Shown: positions 19,753 to 31,106, numbered from the whole stretch's first letter. The stretch: 62,500 nt of DNA, filler included, from Malassezia furfur (GCA_052055015.1; 4 parts of 4 records of this genome joined end to end with filler, not necessarily neighbours in it), one strand, 5' to 3'. Translations and numbers: made by a program. The notes: a model not told the origin generated them from the sequence alone.

Positions 19753-22700
19753 CTATAGCTCATCATGTACACCAAGCGACTCGGACTCGTCGGTCGCCGT
19801 CGCCGTCGGCGGCTCCATCTCGACGGTGGCCGTCGACGCAGACGAAGGCGTCGGCTCCGCCTCGGTGACCTCGGCGGTCGCCGCGGCTTCGGGCGTCTCC
19901 AGAACGGTGGCCGGGGGCACCGACGTCGTGGCGTCCTCGGCGGGCGCCGGCGACGCCTCGGCCTCGGCCGCACCAGGGTCCGCTGGCTCGCCCGTGAAGC
20001 CCTGCAGGAGCTGTGCCACGAGCGCCGCAGCGCCCTCGGCGGCCTCGGCAACATCGTCGCCCATCTCATAGTCCTCGTCGTCCGCCGGCGTGCCGGTCGC
20101 GGCGCTGGACGCCGCGTAGGTCGACGAAGCGCTCGACACGTACGTCGATGCATCCGGCGACGCGGGATCCGACGTCACGTAAGACGTCGAAAAGGCCGTC
20201 GAGCTCACCGACGGCGTCGCTGCCGACTCGGTGGCCGCGTCGGCGGTCGGCGCCGGCGTCGCGTCCGGCGCCGCGTCGTCCACCACGTCGTCATCGGCGG
20301 GAACGGGCGTTGCCTCGGGAGCGGCCGCCGACGGCTTCTCGGTCGGCACCGCACCGATGCTCGCCGCCTCGTACATCGCGTCCGTGTCGGCCACCGAGTC
20401 CGGGTCAAAGGTCGCCTCGGCAGACGACCATGCGCCCTCGGCGACGGTCTCGGTGGGCATGGCATACGCCTCGGTGCCCTCGATCGCCGGCTCGTCCCAC
20501 ACGGCGCGGAGGAGGCCCGACGCCGGCTCGCGCGGCAGGCCGAGCTTCTCGTTGACGTCACCGACGTACTTGCGCAGACGCAGCGCCGCCGTCTTGGCGC
20601 TCTCCAACGACAGCTCACTGAGCGCGCGGCGGCTCTCATAGATGTCGTACAGCAAATCGGCGACGCCTGCACGCTCGAGGAGCATCGCGGGGCGCTCCGC
20701 GACCTTGGCCGTGAGGTTCGCGACGGCCTTTTCAAACTCCCACATGACGACATTCACGCTGGAGATCGTCTGCTGCCGCTCCTCCTCGAGGTTCGGCAAA
20801 ATGAGCTGGCCCTCGACGACCGGCTCGCCGTGCGGCGTCAGGCCCTGCAGGAACTCGTGCATGTCGTTGCGGAAGTGGCGCGCGCGGCGCTTCATGCCGT
20901 TATCCCACCCCTGATTCTCGTAATAGGTCAGCTGGAACTCGGCGGCCTCCATCAGGTCGTAGAACGTGCGTAGCGCCTGGCGGATCTGCTGGCGGATCAC
21001 GGCGACGCTCTGCTGGATCAGCTCCTCGTCGACCGCAGTGCGGTTCGTCAGCGCGGCAAGCTTCGGCACGAGCGTCTCGCGCGCCGTCGTGTACTGCCAC
21101 ACGAGGTGGTCCGTGAGCTGGTCGGAGATCGCCGCAAACTCGGCGCGCCACGCCTCGCTCGGCGACTCGGGGTCGTCAAGCTTCTGCGCGTGGCGGCGGA
21201 AGGCATCGACGAGCATGTCAAACACCGACGGGAACACCTCCTTGTTCAGGTAGTCGTACGGCGCCGCCAGGTCGTCGGGCAGGTTCACAAACACACGCCG
21301 GCGCTGCGTTAGTCAGCCGGCCACGTACTGCCTCGACAAGCGCCTCCTTCAGCTTCGCACGCTCCTGCTCCACGACGCGCGTCACCATGCTCGCCTCGGC
21401 GTTGAGCTTCTCGTCGACGTTGGCGAGCTCGGCGTCCAGGCGCTTTTGGAGCTCCTTCTCCTCCTCCTCGTCCTCCCAGTCGTTCGGGATGGCCGACGCC
21501 GACTCGCTCGGCTCCGACGCCGACTCGCGCGGCTGGGACGCCGACATCTTCTCAGACGGGTCGGCGGCGGCGACCGCGCTCATAAGGTGTCCGACATTCT
21601 CACGGACGGTCTCGTCCTAAGTGCATGTATTAGTTTCCGTCTCAAAAAAAAAAAAAAAAAGGGTGTGATGGACACTACTCAGGCCGCACAGACGAGGCGC
21701 GGTGTACTATAACGCCGTCCTACCCCGTGCGTCCCGAGAGGCATGCGCCTGGTCCCTGCACACAAAGGGCAGTCACGAACTTACGGTTTGGCGGTAGGTC
21801 TCCTTCACGTTGTTCACCACCGAGTCCAACACGGAGCGGTGACGGATGCCGTACTTGACGAGCAGGTTGTCCACCCAGCGCTGCACGATTCGGTACAGCT
21901 TGGTGAGGTGGGGGTGGGCATGGGTGAAGTAGTGCTTGTGCGCCGCAGGGTACGCGGTGTGGCGCGTAAAGAGGTAGCCCTGGTACAGGTGCGCCTTCAG
22001 GCGGGGGTGCACCTCGTGCTCGTAATAGTGCGACGCGGCGTTGTGCGCCTCGTGCGCCTTCTGCAGCGCGAATTTCACGTGCGGCTCCACATCGCGGTGG
22101 TAGATGTCCTTGTACGGCTTGGCGGCCTTGTGGAACGCTAGGTGAGTCGTGCGCACACGTACCATCCACGTGGGGGTGCAGATGCTTTTTGTAGTGCTTG
22201 TGCAGCTTGCGCTGGTGCGGCAGCGACCAAGTGTGCGCCTGCTTCGCAAGCTCCTGCGCGCCAGGACGGACGTGCGTGGTGAAGAAGCTGTGCGCGTGCG
22301 CCGCCGTCTGCTTGAACGCCGGCTGCACGTACGCAAACGCGTCCTCGGCCTTGTTGATGTACGTCCCGACGTACGGGTCAAGCTGCTTGCGCGTCGACGC
22401 GGCAAACTCGGCGACCGCCGGCGTCACATGCTCCTGCACACTCGCCAGCTCGCGGCAGACGAGCAGCTCGTGGTCGCTGCTGTACTGGAACGAGAACGGC
22501 TGCGACGGGCAGCGCCAGAACACTGCAGCGAGCAGGTAGATGATCCCGACGCGCGTGAGCAGCGCCGACAGCAGGCCAAACGTCGAACGAGACTGCGTCA
22601 GCCAATGCGCGCACTTACCCGAGCCTTGGTCTTGGCGTTCACGGGAACCTGCTTGTCTTCCGGCTGCGTAAGTACATCGGCGGAGACACTACGCACAGCA

Positions 22701-22768
22701 AAGCGGATGGGGGGAGTGCCCTGCACCATGGTTGGCTGGGGACGTGCTTGACCGGCCTTGCGAGCCAT
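19753..22768 (-). CDS. Multi-exon putative ER protein with N-terminal TM segment and C-terminal HDEL (possibly She10/Osw7-like); start uncertain
   Basis: Coding-like exons joined by GT-AG introns; His/Tyr-rich helical region; acidic Ser/Ala-rich tail ending HDEL. Confidence 0.55.
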
Positions 22769-22995
22769 GGTGTGTGGTTCGGTGGAAAAGGCGACGGTCT
22801 ACCCCTAAAGGCCCGGTCACGTTTCTTATGTAACGCCGCCGATCACGGGGCCCCGATGCCCCATCGGGCGCTGGTCCGGGGTAGCCCCGCGGCGTCGCGC
22901 CGTGCGCGCCCGTCATGCGCGGCCGCACGAGCCCGGACACAGGGTTGCCGCCGCACATAGAATGGACAAAAGACTAGTGGGGAAACGAATACACA

Positions 22996-23509
22996 CTAAA
23001 GGAAGAGGGAGCCGGCGATGGCAAGCACCGTAGCGGCGGCCACCGTCAGCGACACGGGGGAAAGAATCGTAGGGGCCGTCAGCACGGCGCCGGCATTGTT
23101 GTTGTTCGAGTAGGTCGCGTCCGACACAGACGAGACGGCAGACGAGGCGCTGCTCTGCGCGCCTGCCACCGCGCTCGACGCGGGGTTGGACGTCACGCCG
23201 CTCGACACCTCCGAGCCGGCACTGTCGAGCGCGCTTGATGCCTGCGACTGCGCGGACGACGCGCCACCCGGGTTCGACGAGTTGGCCACGCCGCCAGCAC
23301 CACCCGACGCACTCGTCGGCGAGCCGCTGCCGCTCGACCGGGAGCGGTGGTGACTCGAGGAGCTGCGTGAGCACTTTGGCGACGTACGAAGAGTCGTGGG
23401 GGCGCGACATGACACCGCCAATGGACGTCGTGTCGCCCGATGACACAGGAATCCGGGCAAAGACGACGCTCACAAGAGCAAGCACCAACAAGAGCAAAGA
23501 GGTACGCAT
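22996..23509 (-). CDS. Small Ser/Ala-rich putative GPI-anchored cell-surface protein; intron 23363-23387
   Basis: Signal peptide MRTSLLLLVLALVSVVFA; Ser-rich body; NAG omega-like site followed by hydrophobic tail. Confidence 0.75.
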
Positions 23510-23624
23510 AGTTATGGGGAACGCGGCGCGACGCCGGCCAGCTTCTTAAGTGCTACGGCCCTGGGCGCAGCCCTGTCTCGGCCGAGACGGCGCCGCTGCA
23601 GGGGCGGTTATGTCAGGGCGCGCG

Positions 23625-24488
23625 TCATTTGCGCGTCTTCCGTGCGCGCTTATTGGGGGGTGTCGCGGTCTGTTCGCGCTCAAGGCGCTGGATCATGGCG
23701 TCAAAGGCCGACTCCCGTTTGCCCGCCTTGCTCTGCAGTGCTGCCCGGAGCGCATCCAGATCGTCGTCCTCAGCGCTGTCGGGGGCGTCCTTCTTGGGCT
23801 TGTCCTTCTGGTAGACCGTGTCGTAGACGCCAAGCTCTTTCGCGTACGCCTCGGCCTCGGCGGCCTCGCGCTTCGCGCGGGCCTTGAGCTGCTTGCGTGC
23901 CCGCTTGCCCTCGTCGCTCTGGAGCGCCGTCCATGCCTTAGTCTTGGGCAGCTCCTTGGCGTCGATGGCCTCCTGGACGATGCGCATGAAGCGCTTCTCG
24001 TCCTCGAGGATGTTGGAGCAGGGCACCGTCGCAAAGATGCGCTCGAGCCGCCCCTTGGAGTCGCGGTACGCCTGCAGGATGTCCTTGCGTTCTTCGTCCG
24101 AGCCCTGGTACTTTTTCCGGAACTCTTCGAGCGTCTCGGCATTCACTTCGCCGTCCCAGAGCGTCTGGAAGTACTCCTCCCAGTTGATGTTGCCGTCCTC
24201 GAAGACCGAGTCACTCGTGGAGCCTGTCGTATCGTAGCGTTTCCGCTTCTTCTCGTCGGACAGAATGCTGTAGGCAAAGCCGACCTGCTGGAAGGTGCGC
24301 GAGGCCTCCTCGGCCTCGGCCTTGCCCCGCAGTGCAGCCTTATCCGGGTGACACTGCAGCGCGCGCTTCCGGTAGGCCTTCTTGATGGTCTCCTGCGACG
24401 GCTTGTCGTCCGCCGAGAGGCCTAGCACTGCGTACAGGTCTACGTCCTCCCCCTCGGGGAAGAACAGACGCGCGGGGTCCTCGTCCAT
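23625..24488 (-). CDS. DnaJ protein, DNAJC9-like
   Basis: J domain with HPDK, YDTTG, YQGSDEERKDI. Confidence 0.85.
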   Translation of the reverse strand: MDEDPARLFFPEGEDVDLYAVLGLSADDKPSQETIKKAYRKRALQCHPDKAALRGKAEAEEASRTFQQVGFAYSILSDEKKRKRYDTTGSTSDSVFEDGNINWEEYFQTLWDGEVNAETLEEFRKKYQGSDEERKDILQAYRDSKGRLERIFATVPCSNILEDEKRFMRIVQEAIDAKELPKTKAWTALQSDEGKRARKQLKARAKREAAEAEAYAKELGVYDTVYQKDKPKKDAPDSAEDDDLDALRAALQSKAGKRESAFDAMIQRLEREQTATPPNKRARKTRK

Positions 24489-24558
24489 CGTGGCGCGTCG
24501 CGTCGCCCACGCGCGCGTCGGCCTCCACTTGGTTCTTCCGCCTGCCGAGCCCTGCGCC

Positions 24559-25797
24559 ATGTCGGGAAACGGGGCGTCGTCGGCGACGTCTGCGCCGCTG
24601 CCGCCGCTGCTGAATGCGGTTGCGCCCTCGGGCGTGCCCGCGTATGTGCCGAGTGAGCCCAGGAAGGCGGTCAAGGTGAGCACGGTGGTCAACACACGCT
24701 ACTTCACGCCGGGGCAGTTCGACAAGCTGCTGGCCAAGGCGCGCGCAAACAAGATGCCCATGGCCAAGTGGGAGCAGCACAGGATGACGGCGTGTGCGTT
24801 CATCTCGGCGGTCGGCGCCAAGCTCGGGATACCGCAGCGCACGATCGCTTACGCTCAGCTGCTGTACCAGCGCTTCCACCTCTTTTACCCCCCGGCCGAC
24901 TTTGCGGTGCACCAGGTGGCCCTCGCGAGCCTGTTCACCGCGTCGAAGCTGAACGATACCCAGAAGCGCATCCACGACCTGCTGATGGCCAGCTATGTGC
25001 TGCGCAACATGGAGCAGCTCGCGCCGCCCTCGGGCGCCCATGCCGGCGGCGGCGCCGACTGGATCGCACACGCACACGTCGCCGACGCGGACCTCGACCT
25101 GGGCGCGATGGCGCAGGAGCGTGTGCGTCTGCTCACGCTCGAGCGCATGATGCTGCAGTGCATCTGCTTCCAGTTTGAGATGCGCGCCCAAAAGGTGCTG
25201 CGCCTCGTCGTCAAGGCGGCACGGCGCTGGGACGTGCCGAAGCCACTCGGCGCGCTGGCGTGGCGCATCGCGTGCGACGCGCACCGCACGCCCGCGCCGC
25301 TGCAGTACCCGCCGCAGACGGTGGCGGTGGGCAGCGTGTACGCGGCGGTGGTGCTCGCCGAGGCGAACGGCGCCTTGGTCGCAGCGCACGCGCACTTTGC
25401 GCGCCCCGATGCGTGGCCGGCGGAGCTGCGCACGCACGTCGACGACGCGAAAGAGGTGGTGGTGCACATCCTCACGTCGTACACGCAGCACCTGCCGAGC
25501 CTCGAGCGCGGCAGCGGCGCGGTGCCGCTCTACGTCACGCACCCTCCGCCGCTCGGCCTGCAGGCATGGCGCGCCGCGCGGCGTGCGGAGCAGCTGCCCG
25601 TGACCGTGCCCGAGCTGGAGCAGGCGCTGACGCACGCCAAGATCCGCATACGGCAGGACGAGCAGGCGCGCAGCGAGCCCGAGGACGCGCGGCGGCGGCG
25701 TGCGGTGGCGCGCGCCAACGATGCGCTGCCCGCGACGCTGTACCGCCCCGATCCGCTGGAGCAGCAGATGGTCGCGACGCGGTACCTGCTCGAGTGA
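24559..25797 (+). CDS. Transcriptional cyclin (Ctk2/cyclin K-like)
   Basis: LGIPQRTIAYAQLLYQRFHL, LFTASKLNDT, LERMMLQCICF cyclin box. Confidence 0.78.
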   Translation: MSGNGASSATSAPLPPLLNAVAPSGVPAYVPSEPRKAVKVSTVVNTRYFTPGQFDKLLAKARANKMPMAKWEQHRMTACAFISAVGAKLGIPQRTIAYAQLLYQRFHLFYPPADFAVHQVALASLFTASKLNDTQKRIHDLLMASYVLRNMEQLAPPSGAHAGGGADWIAHAHVADADLDLGAMAQERVRLLTLERMMLQCICFQFEMRAQKVLRLVVKAARRWDVPKPLGALAWRIACDAHRTPAPLQYPPQTVAVGSVYAAVVLAEANGALVAAHAHFARPDAWPAELRTHVDDAKEVVVHILTSYTQHLPSLERGSGAVPLYVTHPPPLGLQAWRAARRAEQLPVTVPELEQALTHAKIRIRQDEQARSEPEDARRRRAVARANDALPATLYRPDPLEQQMVATRYLLE

Positions 25798-25804
25798 TTT
25801 ACAA

Positions 25805-27529
25805 CTATACATCCTCTGCTTCGCCCATGGCCATGCGGTGGTGCATGTGGTGCATCACCGCGTGCCAGTCGGTGCGGTGAACGTACCAGAGTGCGGCCGC
25901 GGCGCCGTACACCAGCGCGAGGGTCAGGCCCCACCAGAGCCCCGCGAGGCCGAGATGCGGCGGGCCGAAGGCGAGCAGCAGGCTGGTGGGGATGCCCACG
26001 ACGTAGTACGCGGTGAGGTTGATGCCCGCGCTGAGCGACTGCCGGCCGCAGCCGCGCAGGATGCCGGCGGCAATGCCGCAGATGCAGTCGGCGAGCTGGA
26101 AGAGCGCCAGGATCGGCAGCACACTCGCGACCATGCGCACCACGAGCGGGTCGCTGCTGAACAGATAGCCCCACTGGTGGCGCGCCACAAACACGAGCGA
26201 CGAGTTGAACAGGCCGATCGCGAGCGCGAGCAGCAGCGACGCATACGTCGCGCGGCGCGCCTCGGCGACGCTGCCCAGGCCGAGCATGTTGCCGACGCGC
26301 ACCGACGCCGCGACCGCCGCGCCGTACGGCAGCTGGTACGTCACCGACGAGGTGATCAGCAGCACGGACTGCGACGCGAGCGTCGTCGTCCCCAGCGCGG
26401 CGCTCACCAGCCCGACGATCTCCCACGCCCACCACTCGGTCGCGAGGCTCAGCAGGCCGGCCAGCCCGAGCGAGAAGCACACGCGCAGGCCGGACGCGTC
26501 AAACGCCTTGCGCGACCAGCCCGCCCAGGTGCGCGGCTCCGCCGCGACGCGGCACTGCAGCACACACAGCGCGGCCATGAGCCACATGGACAGCGCACTC
26601 GCGGCGGGCGCGCCGAGGAAGCCGAAGCGCACGCCGGGCGGGCCCCACACGAGCAGGTAGTTGGCGAGCGCGTTGAGCGGCGACACGATGAGCAGCACGA
26701 CCGTCGGCGCGTGCATCAGCCCCTGTGCTTGCAAGAAGCGGCGGCACAGCTCAAAGATCGCGTGGCCGGGTAGGCCGAGCGCGAGCACCGAGAGGAACTG
26801 GCGCGCCTTGTGCGCGATCTCGGGCTCCTGGCCGAGCAGCAGCAGCAGGCGGTCCGCGTAGAACCACACGGCCATCACGAACGGCATCACACTAAATACC
26901 ATCACCCCGACGCGCTGCGTCCAGAGGCCCATGAGCTGCGGCTGCCGCGTGTAGGACGAGGGCAGCAGCGTGTCGAGCGCGGTGATCAGACCGCTGATCA
27001 CACTGTACCCCGTGACGTTGGCCGTCATGCCCGCGAGCGACGCCGCGGCGAGCTCGACGGTGCCGAGGTGCCCAAGGCTGAACACGGACACCATCGACAG
27101 GCTCAGCTCGAGGATATGCGTGCCCCAGATCGGGATGGTATAGCGGCTGAGCAGACGCAGCTCGTCACGCAGCTTCTCCTGCTCGCTGCGCGGCGCCAGC
27201 GCCTCGGCGCCGCCGGGCGACGGCAGCGGCGAGCGGCGGAGCGTGCCGTAGTCGGGCGTGTCGCGCAGATCGACGGGCGTCGGCGCGATCGGGATGCGTG
27301 GGTCGTGCGGCGGCGCAAACGGCGCGTGCATGTCGGGCGCGAGGATCGGCACGGCGGCCTCGTCGCCCTCGCCCGGCGAGCGCACCATGCGCTGCGGCCC
27401 GAGGAACGACCCGACGAGGAAGTCGGAGAGGCCGGAGCGGTGCGATGCGCCGCTCACGGCGTCCTGTACGCTGTCTTCATCCTCGGCATAGCGGTGCTGC
27501 GGCACCGGGATCGGGCGGCCATGCGACAT
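25805..27529 (-). CDS. MATE-family efflux transporter (Erc1-like)
   Basis: LGHLGTVELAA, ALDTL, RFLQAQG, EWWAWE, RVGNMLG, GILRGCG. Confidence 0.9.
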   Translation of the reverse strand: MSHGRPIPVPQHRYAEDEDSVQDAVSGASHRSGLSDFLVGSFLGPQRMVRSPGEGDEAAVPILAPDMHAPFAPPHDPRIPIAPTPVDLRDTPDYGTLRRSPLPSPGGAEALAPRSEQEKLRDELRLLSRYTIPIWGTHILELSLSMVSVFSLGHLGTVELAAASLAGMTANVTGYSVISGLITALDTLLPSSYTRQPQLMGLWTQRVGVMVFSVMPFVMAVWFYADRLLLLLGQEPEIAHKARQFLSVLALGLPGHAIFELCRRFLQAQGLMHAPTVVLLIVSPLNALANYLLVWGPPGVRFGFLGAPAASALSMWLMAALCVLQCRVAAEPRTWAGWSRKAFDASGLRVCFSLGLAGLLSLATEWWAWEIVGLVSAALGTTTLASQSVLLITSSVTYQLPYGAAVAASVRVGNMLGLGSVAEARRATYASLLLALAIGLFNSSLVFVARHQWGYLFSSDPLVVRMVASVLPILALFQLADCICGIAAGILRGCGRQSLSAGINLTAYYVVGIPTSLLLAFGPPHLGLAGLWWGLTLALVYGAAAALWYVHRTDWHAVMHHMHHRMAMGEAEDV

Positions 27530-27677
27530 GGGCGGCGCAGCGGGTCGTGGACAACTTGGCTCGATCGCACACGGCGTGCGGCCGTCGCGCGAAGGCGGCC
27601 ACGTGACCTTTTTTCGCGCAAGAGCCCCCCGTGGGGGATTGCCGGACCGGAAGGTTTCGGTTTCGCACCGCAGCACC

Positions 27678-28571
27678 ATGAGTCCTCCTGTCTCGGGCAA
27701 GTACAAGGAATCGGCCACCGCGCGTTTGCTCGGCTCGGGCACGTCGGGTATCGCTGAGCTGATGGTGTTCCACCCCGTGGACACCCTCGCGAAGCGCCTG
27801 ATGAGCAACAAGGACCGCACGCGCTCGCTGAGGCAGGTCATCTTCAAGGATAAGGCGAGTGCCGGCATGGGCACGCGCTTCCTGAGCCTGTTCCCCGGCC
27901 TGGGCTATGCGGCGGGCTACAAGGTGCTCCAGCGCATCTACAAGTACGGTGGCCAGCCGTACTTCAACGACTATCTCACTGCGCACCACAAGAAGCAGTT
28001 TGAGAGCTGGTTCGGCGAGCGCACGGGCAAGAGCGTGATGGCCGCTACCGCCGGCTCGCTCACGGGTATCGGTGAGGTGGTGCTGCTCCCGCTCGACGTG
28101 CTCAAGATCAAGCGCCAGACGAACCCCGAGTCGTTCCGCTCGCGTGGCTTCCTGCGGATTCTCGCCGACGAGAACGTCAACCTGTACCGCGGTTGGGGCT
28201 GGACCATGGCGCGCAATGCGCCCGGCTCGTTCGCGCTGTTCGGCGGCAGCGCGTTCACGAAGGAGTACATCTTCGGCCTGAAGAACTACTCGGAAGCCAC
28301 CTGGACGCAAAACTTTGTCGCGTCGATCGGCGGCAGCATCGCGAGCATCACCGTCGCCGCGCCGCTCGACGTCGTCAAGACGCGCATCCAAAACGCCAAC
28401 TTCGAGTCGAAGGTCGGCGGCGTGACGATCATCAAGGACATGCTCAAGAACGAGGGCATCACGGCCTTCTTCAAGGGCCTCACGCCCAAGGTGCTCGTCG
28501 TCGGGCCCAAGCTCGTCTTTTCCTTCACGCTTGCCCAGTCGCTGATCCCGTGGTTCGGCAAGTATGTGTAG
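27678..28571 (+). CDS. GGC1: Mitochondrial GTP/GDP carrier
   Basis: FHPVDTLAKRLMSN, YKVLQRIYKYGGQP, RNAPGSFALFGG. Confidence 0.93.
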   Translation: MSPPVSGKYKESATARLLGSGTSGIAELMVFHPVDTLAKRLMSNKDRTRSLRQVIFKDKASAGMGTRFLSLFPGLGYAAGYKVLQRIYKYGGQPYFNDYLTAHHKKQFESWFGERTGKSVMAATAGSLTGIGEVVLLPLDVLKIKRQTNPESFRSRGFLRILADENVNLYRGWGWTMARNAPGSFALFGGSAFTKEYIFGLKNYSEATWTQNFVASIGGSIASITVAAPLDVVKTRIQNANFESKVGGVTIIKDMLKNEGITAFFKGLTPKVLVVGPKLVFSFTLAQSLIPWFGKYV

Positions 28572-28630
28572 ACTATGTACAGCCGCCGCATGGATCGGGT
28601 ATCTGGCGTGTGAGCGTGCTCGGGTGCACA

Positions 28631-28743
28631 GGGCCCCTCAGTAGAAATTGTTGCATCACGCTAGGCGCGCCAGGCCTGCAGGCGAGCAGGCCCTTGAGGC
28701 ACGTCCGCTCAGGCGCAAATTACAAGTACCATCCTTGGGGCCC
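28631..28743 (-). ncRNA. snR87: Box C/D snoRNA, snR87/U16-like (18S Am436-equivalent guide), in DBP4 3'UTR intron 28603-28757
   Basis: Minus strand: stem GGGCCCC/GGGGCCC, C-like AGGATGG, guide GTAATTTGCGC + D' CTGA (pairs 18S GCGCAAAUUAC), C' GTGATGC, D CTGA. Confidence 0.8.
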
Positions 28744-28757
28744 GAGGGGATACGTAC

Positions 28758-31106
28758 CTAGTCGCCCAGCAGCGCGAGCGCCTGCGCCTCCTGCTCCGCG
28801 AGCGTCGCGGTGCGCGCGCGCTTCGGCTGCGGCGCCGGCGCCTCGTCGTCGTCGCCGGACGCATCGCCCGGCAGCACCAGATCGGGCAGGTCGTCCACGT
28901 CGAGCTCGCCGCCGGCAAACTCGGCGGCAGGCGCGCGCGTGCCGTTCGCCTCGGCGAGCTGCCGCTCGATCTCCTTGGCACGGCGCTTCTTCTCCTGGCG
29001 CTTGCGCTTCGCGCGCTCCTTGTCCACGACGTCCGCCTCGGCCATGCGCGCGCGCTCTTCGGCCTCGTGCGCCGCGATCTGCGCCGCGACGTCGCCCTGC
29101 TGCCGGAAGGCCTCCTCATTCTGCAGCTCGTACAGCGAGCGCGCGTTGCCCTCGTCGTCAAACACAATCTTGTCCGCCTTGCCGCGCTTCCCGGCAGCCG
29201 CCATCGCCTTCTTGCTCTGGCCCTGCAGGATCTGGCGCTTCGACAGGTCGTGCGACGCAGGCTGCGTCGCCTCCTCGTCGAGCTCGTGGCCCGCGCGCTT
29301 CAGCGTGAGCAGCTCGCCGTCGTCGTCGTCCAGGTCAAAGCCCGCGTCGTCGCTGTCGACCATGTTGGCGTAGTGCGCACTGAGCACGGTGTTGTTCGTG
29401 CGGCCAAACAGGCGGTCGTGCTTGGTGCGCACCTTGGGCGCCTCGGCGCGCGCGGCCTGCGCCGCGGGGCGCGAGTCGGTCTCGGCGAGTGATGCGTCGC
29501 TCGACGCGTCGTCGCTGTCGTCGTCGTCGCTCGCGCCGTCGTCGCTCGACGCATCGCTGCTCGCCGCATCGCCGCCCGCCGCGTGCGCACGCGCCGCCTC
29601 GGCGCGCTGCGCCTTCTGCGCGTCCTTCACCAGCTTGATCTTGGGCGCGCCGGGCAGGCCGAGCGCCGCGGCAAACTCGGTGAGCGGCAGCTTGGCCACC
29701 GAGAACGTCTCCTTGTCCTTATGCAGGTGGATGGAGCGCACGTACGACACAAACGCCTTCTGCGCGAGGTGCTTCAGCGAGGCATCCTGGAACGCAAACG
29801 ACTGCAGCTGGTTCGCGATGCTCTGCACCTTGGCCTCCTTGGCCTTGATCTCGGTAATGGGCACGTCGACGCCGTGCAGCTGCGCCAGCACGCCGTGCTC
29901 CTCGCTCGGGAGCAGGAAGAGCAGACTCTTGCCCTGCGCCTGGTACCGCGCGGTGCGCCCGACGCGGTGGATGTAGGTCGCGGCCGAGTCCGGCGCATCC
30001 ACCTGCACCACCCAGTCGACCGCGGGAAAGTCGAGGCCGCGCGCGGCAATGTCGGTCGCAAACAGCGCCGCGTGCTTGCTGCGCGTGTAGTCCTGGAAAA
30101 TTTTGAGGCGGCGCGTCTGTTTCTGCTTGCCGTGCAGCGCCATCACCGGCAGGCCGGGGCGCAGCTTGCGGAACGCCTCGTCGACGTACTGCACCTGGCG
30201 GCACGAGCTCAAAAAGACAAGAATCTTGCTCTGCGTATGCGTGCGCAGGAAGGAGAAGAGCGTGTCGAGCTTGCGGTCCAACGGCACCACCATGTAGAAC
30301 TGCTCGAGCTGCGCCGGCGTGCTGTGCGCGTTCGCCTCGGCGTCGCGCACCGCGACGTACTCGGGGTCGTCCAAGCTCAAACGCGCCAAATCCTTCACGC
30401 GGCGCGTCTGCGTCGCGGAAAAGAGGAGCGTCTGCCGCGCAGTCGGCAGGTGCTCGAGGATGGCGTTCAGCGTGTTGGCAAAGCCCATGTCCAAAATGCG
30501 GTCCGCCTCGTCCAGCACAAGCACCTGCAGGTCCGAGCAGTCAAAGCCCACCGTCTGGTCCAAGTGCTGCAGCAGGCGCCCGGGCGTCGCGACCAGGATG
30601 TTCATCCGGCGCAGCCGGTCCTGCTCGTGCTTGAGGTCCTTGCCGCCGATCACCAGGCCCGCCGAGAAGGTGTGCATCACACCGATCTGGCGCAGCACCT
30701 CGAAGATCTGCATCGCGAGCTCGCGCGTGGGCGACACGATGAGCGCCCCGAGCCCGTCCGCGTTGGACCACCGCCGGCGGTACAAAATCTCGAGCACCGG
30801 GATGAGGAACGCGAGCGTCTTGCCGGAGCCAGTGCGCGCGGCGCCGAGCACGTCGCGCCCACGCAGCGCGTACGGCACGGCCTGCGCCTGGATGTCGGTC
30901 AGGTCGAGGAAGCCCGCGCGCTTCAACCCCTGGCGTGTTTTGCTGGACAGCGGCAGTTCGGCAAACGTCTTGGCGCCGCCCGGCTCCGCCGCCGCACTCG
31001 CGCGGTCCAGCTCGGCAATCTCCTGCGCATCGTTCTTGCGCTTAAGCGCACGCGACGCACGCGTGCGCGCATTGTGCGCCTTGCCGCCCCGCGCAGCGCC
31101 CGGCAT
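28758..31106 (-). CDS. DBP4: DEAD-box RNA helicase Dbp4/Hca4
   Basis: GAARTGSGKT, PTRELA, DEAD, SAT, HRVGRT; QKAFVSYVRS. Confidence 0.93.
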   Translation of the reverse strand: MPGAARGGKAHNARTRASRALKRKNDAQEIAELDRASAAAEPGGAKTFAELPLSSKTRQGLKRAGFLDLTDIQAQAVPYALRGRDVLGAARTGSGKTLAFLIPVLEILYRRRWSNADGLGALIVSPTRELAMQIFEVLRQIGVMHTFSAGLVIGGKDLKHEQDRLRRMNILVATPGRLLQHLDQTVGFDCSDLQVLVLDEADRILDMGFANTLNAILEHLPTARQTLLFSATQTRRVKDLARLSLDDPEYVAVRDAEANAHSTPAQLEQFYMVVPLDRKLDTLFSFLRTHTQSKILVFLSSCRQVQYVDEAFRKLRPGLPVMALHGKQKQTRRLKIFQDYTRSKHAALFATDIAARGLDFPAVDWVVQVDAPDSAATYIHRVGRTARYQAQGKSLLFLLPSEEHGVLAQLHGVDVPITEIKAKEAKVQSIANQLQSFAFQDASLKHLAQKAFVSYVRSIHLHKDKETFSVAKLPLTEFAAALGLPGAPKIKLVKDAQKAQRAEAARAHAAGGDAASSDASSDDGASDDDDSDDASSDASLAETDSRPAAQAARAEAPKVRTKHDRLFGRTNNTVLSAHYANMVDSDDAGFDLDDDDGELLTLKRAGHELDEEATQPASHDLSKRQILQGQSKKAMAAAGKRGKADKIVFDDEGNARSLYELQNEEAFRQQGDVAAQIAAHEAEERARMAEADVVDKERAKRKRQEKKRRAKEIERQLAEANGTRAPAAEFAGGELDVDDLPDLVLPGDASGDDDEAPAPQPKRARTATLAEQEAQALALLGD

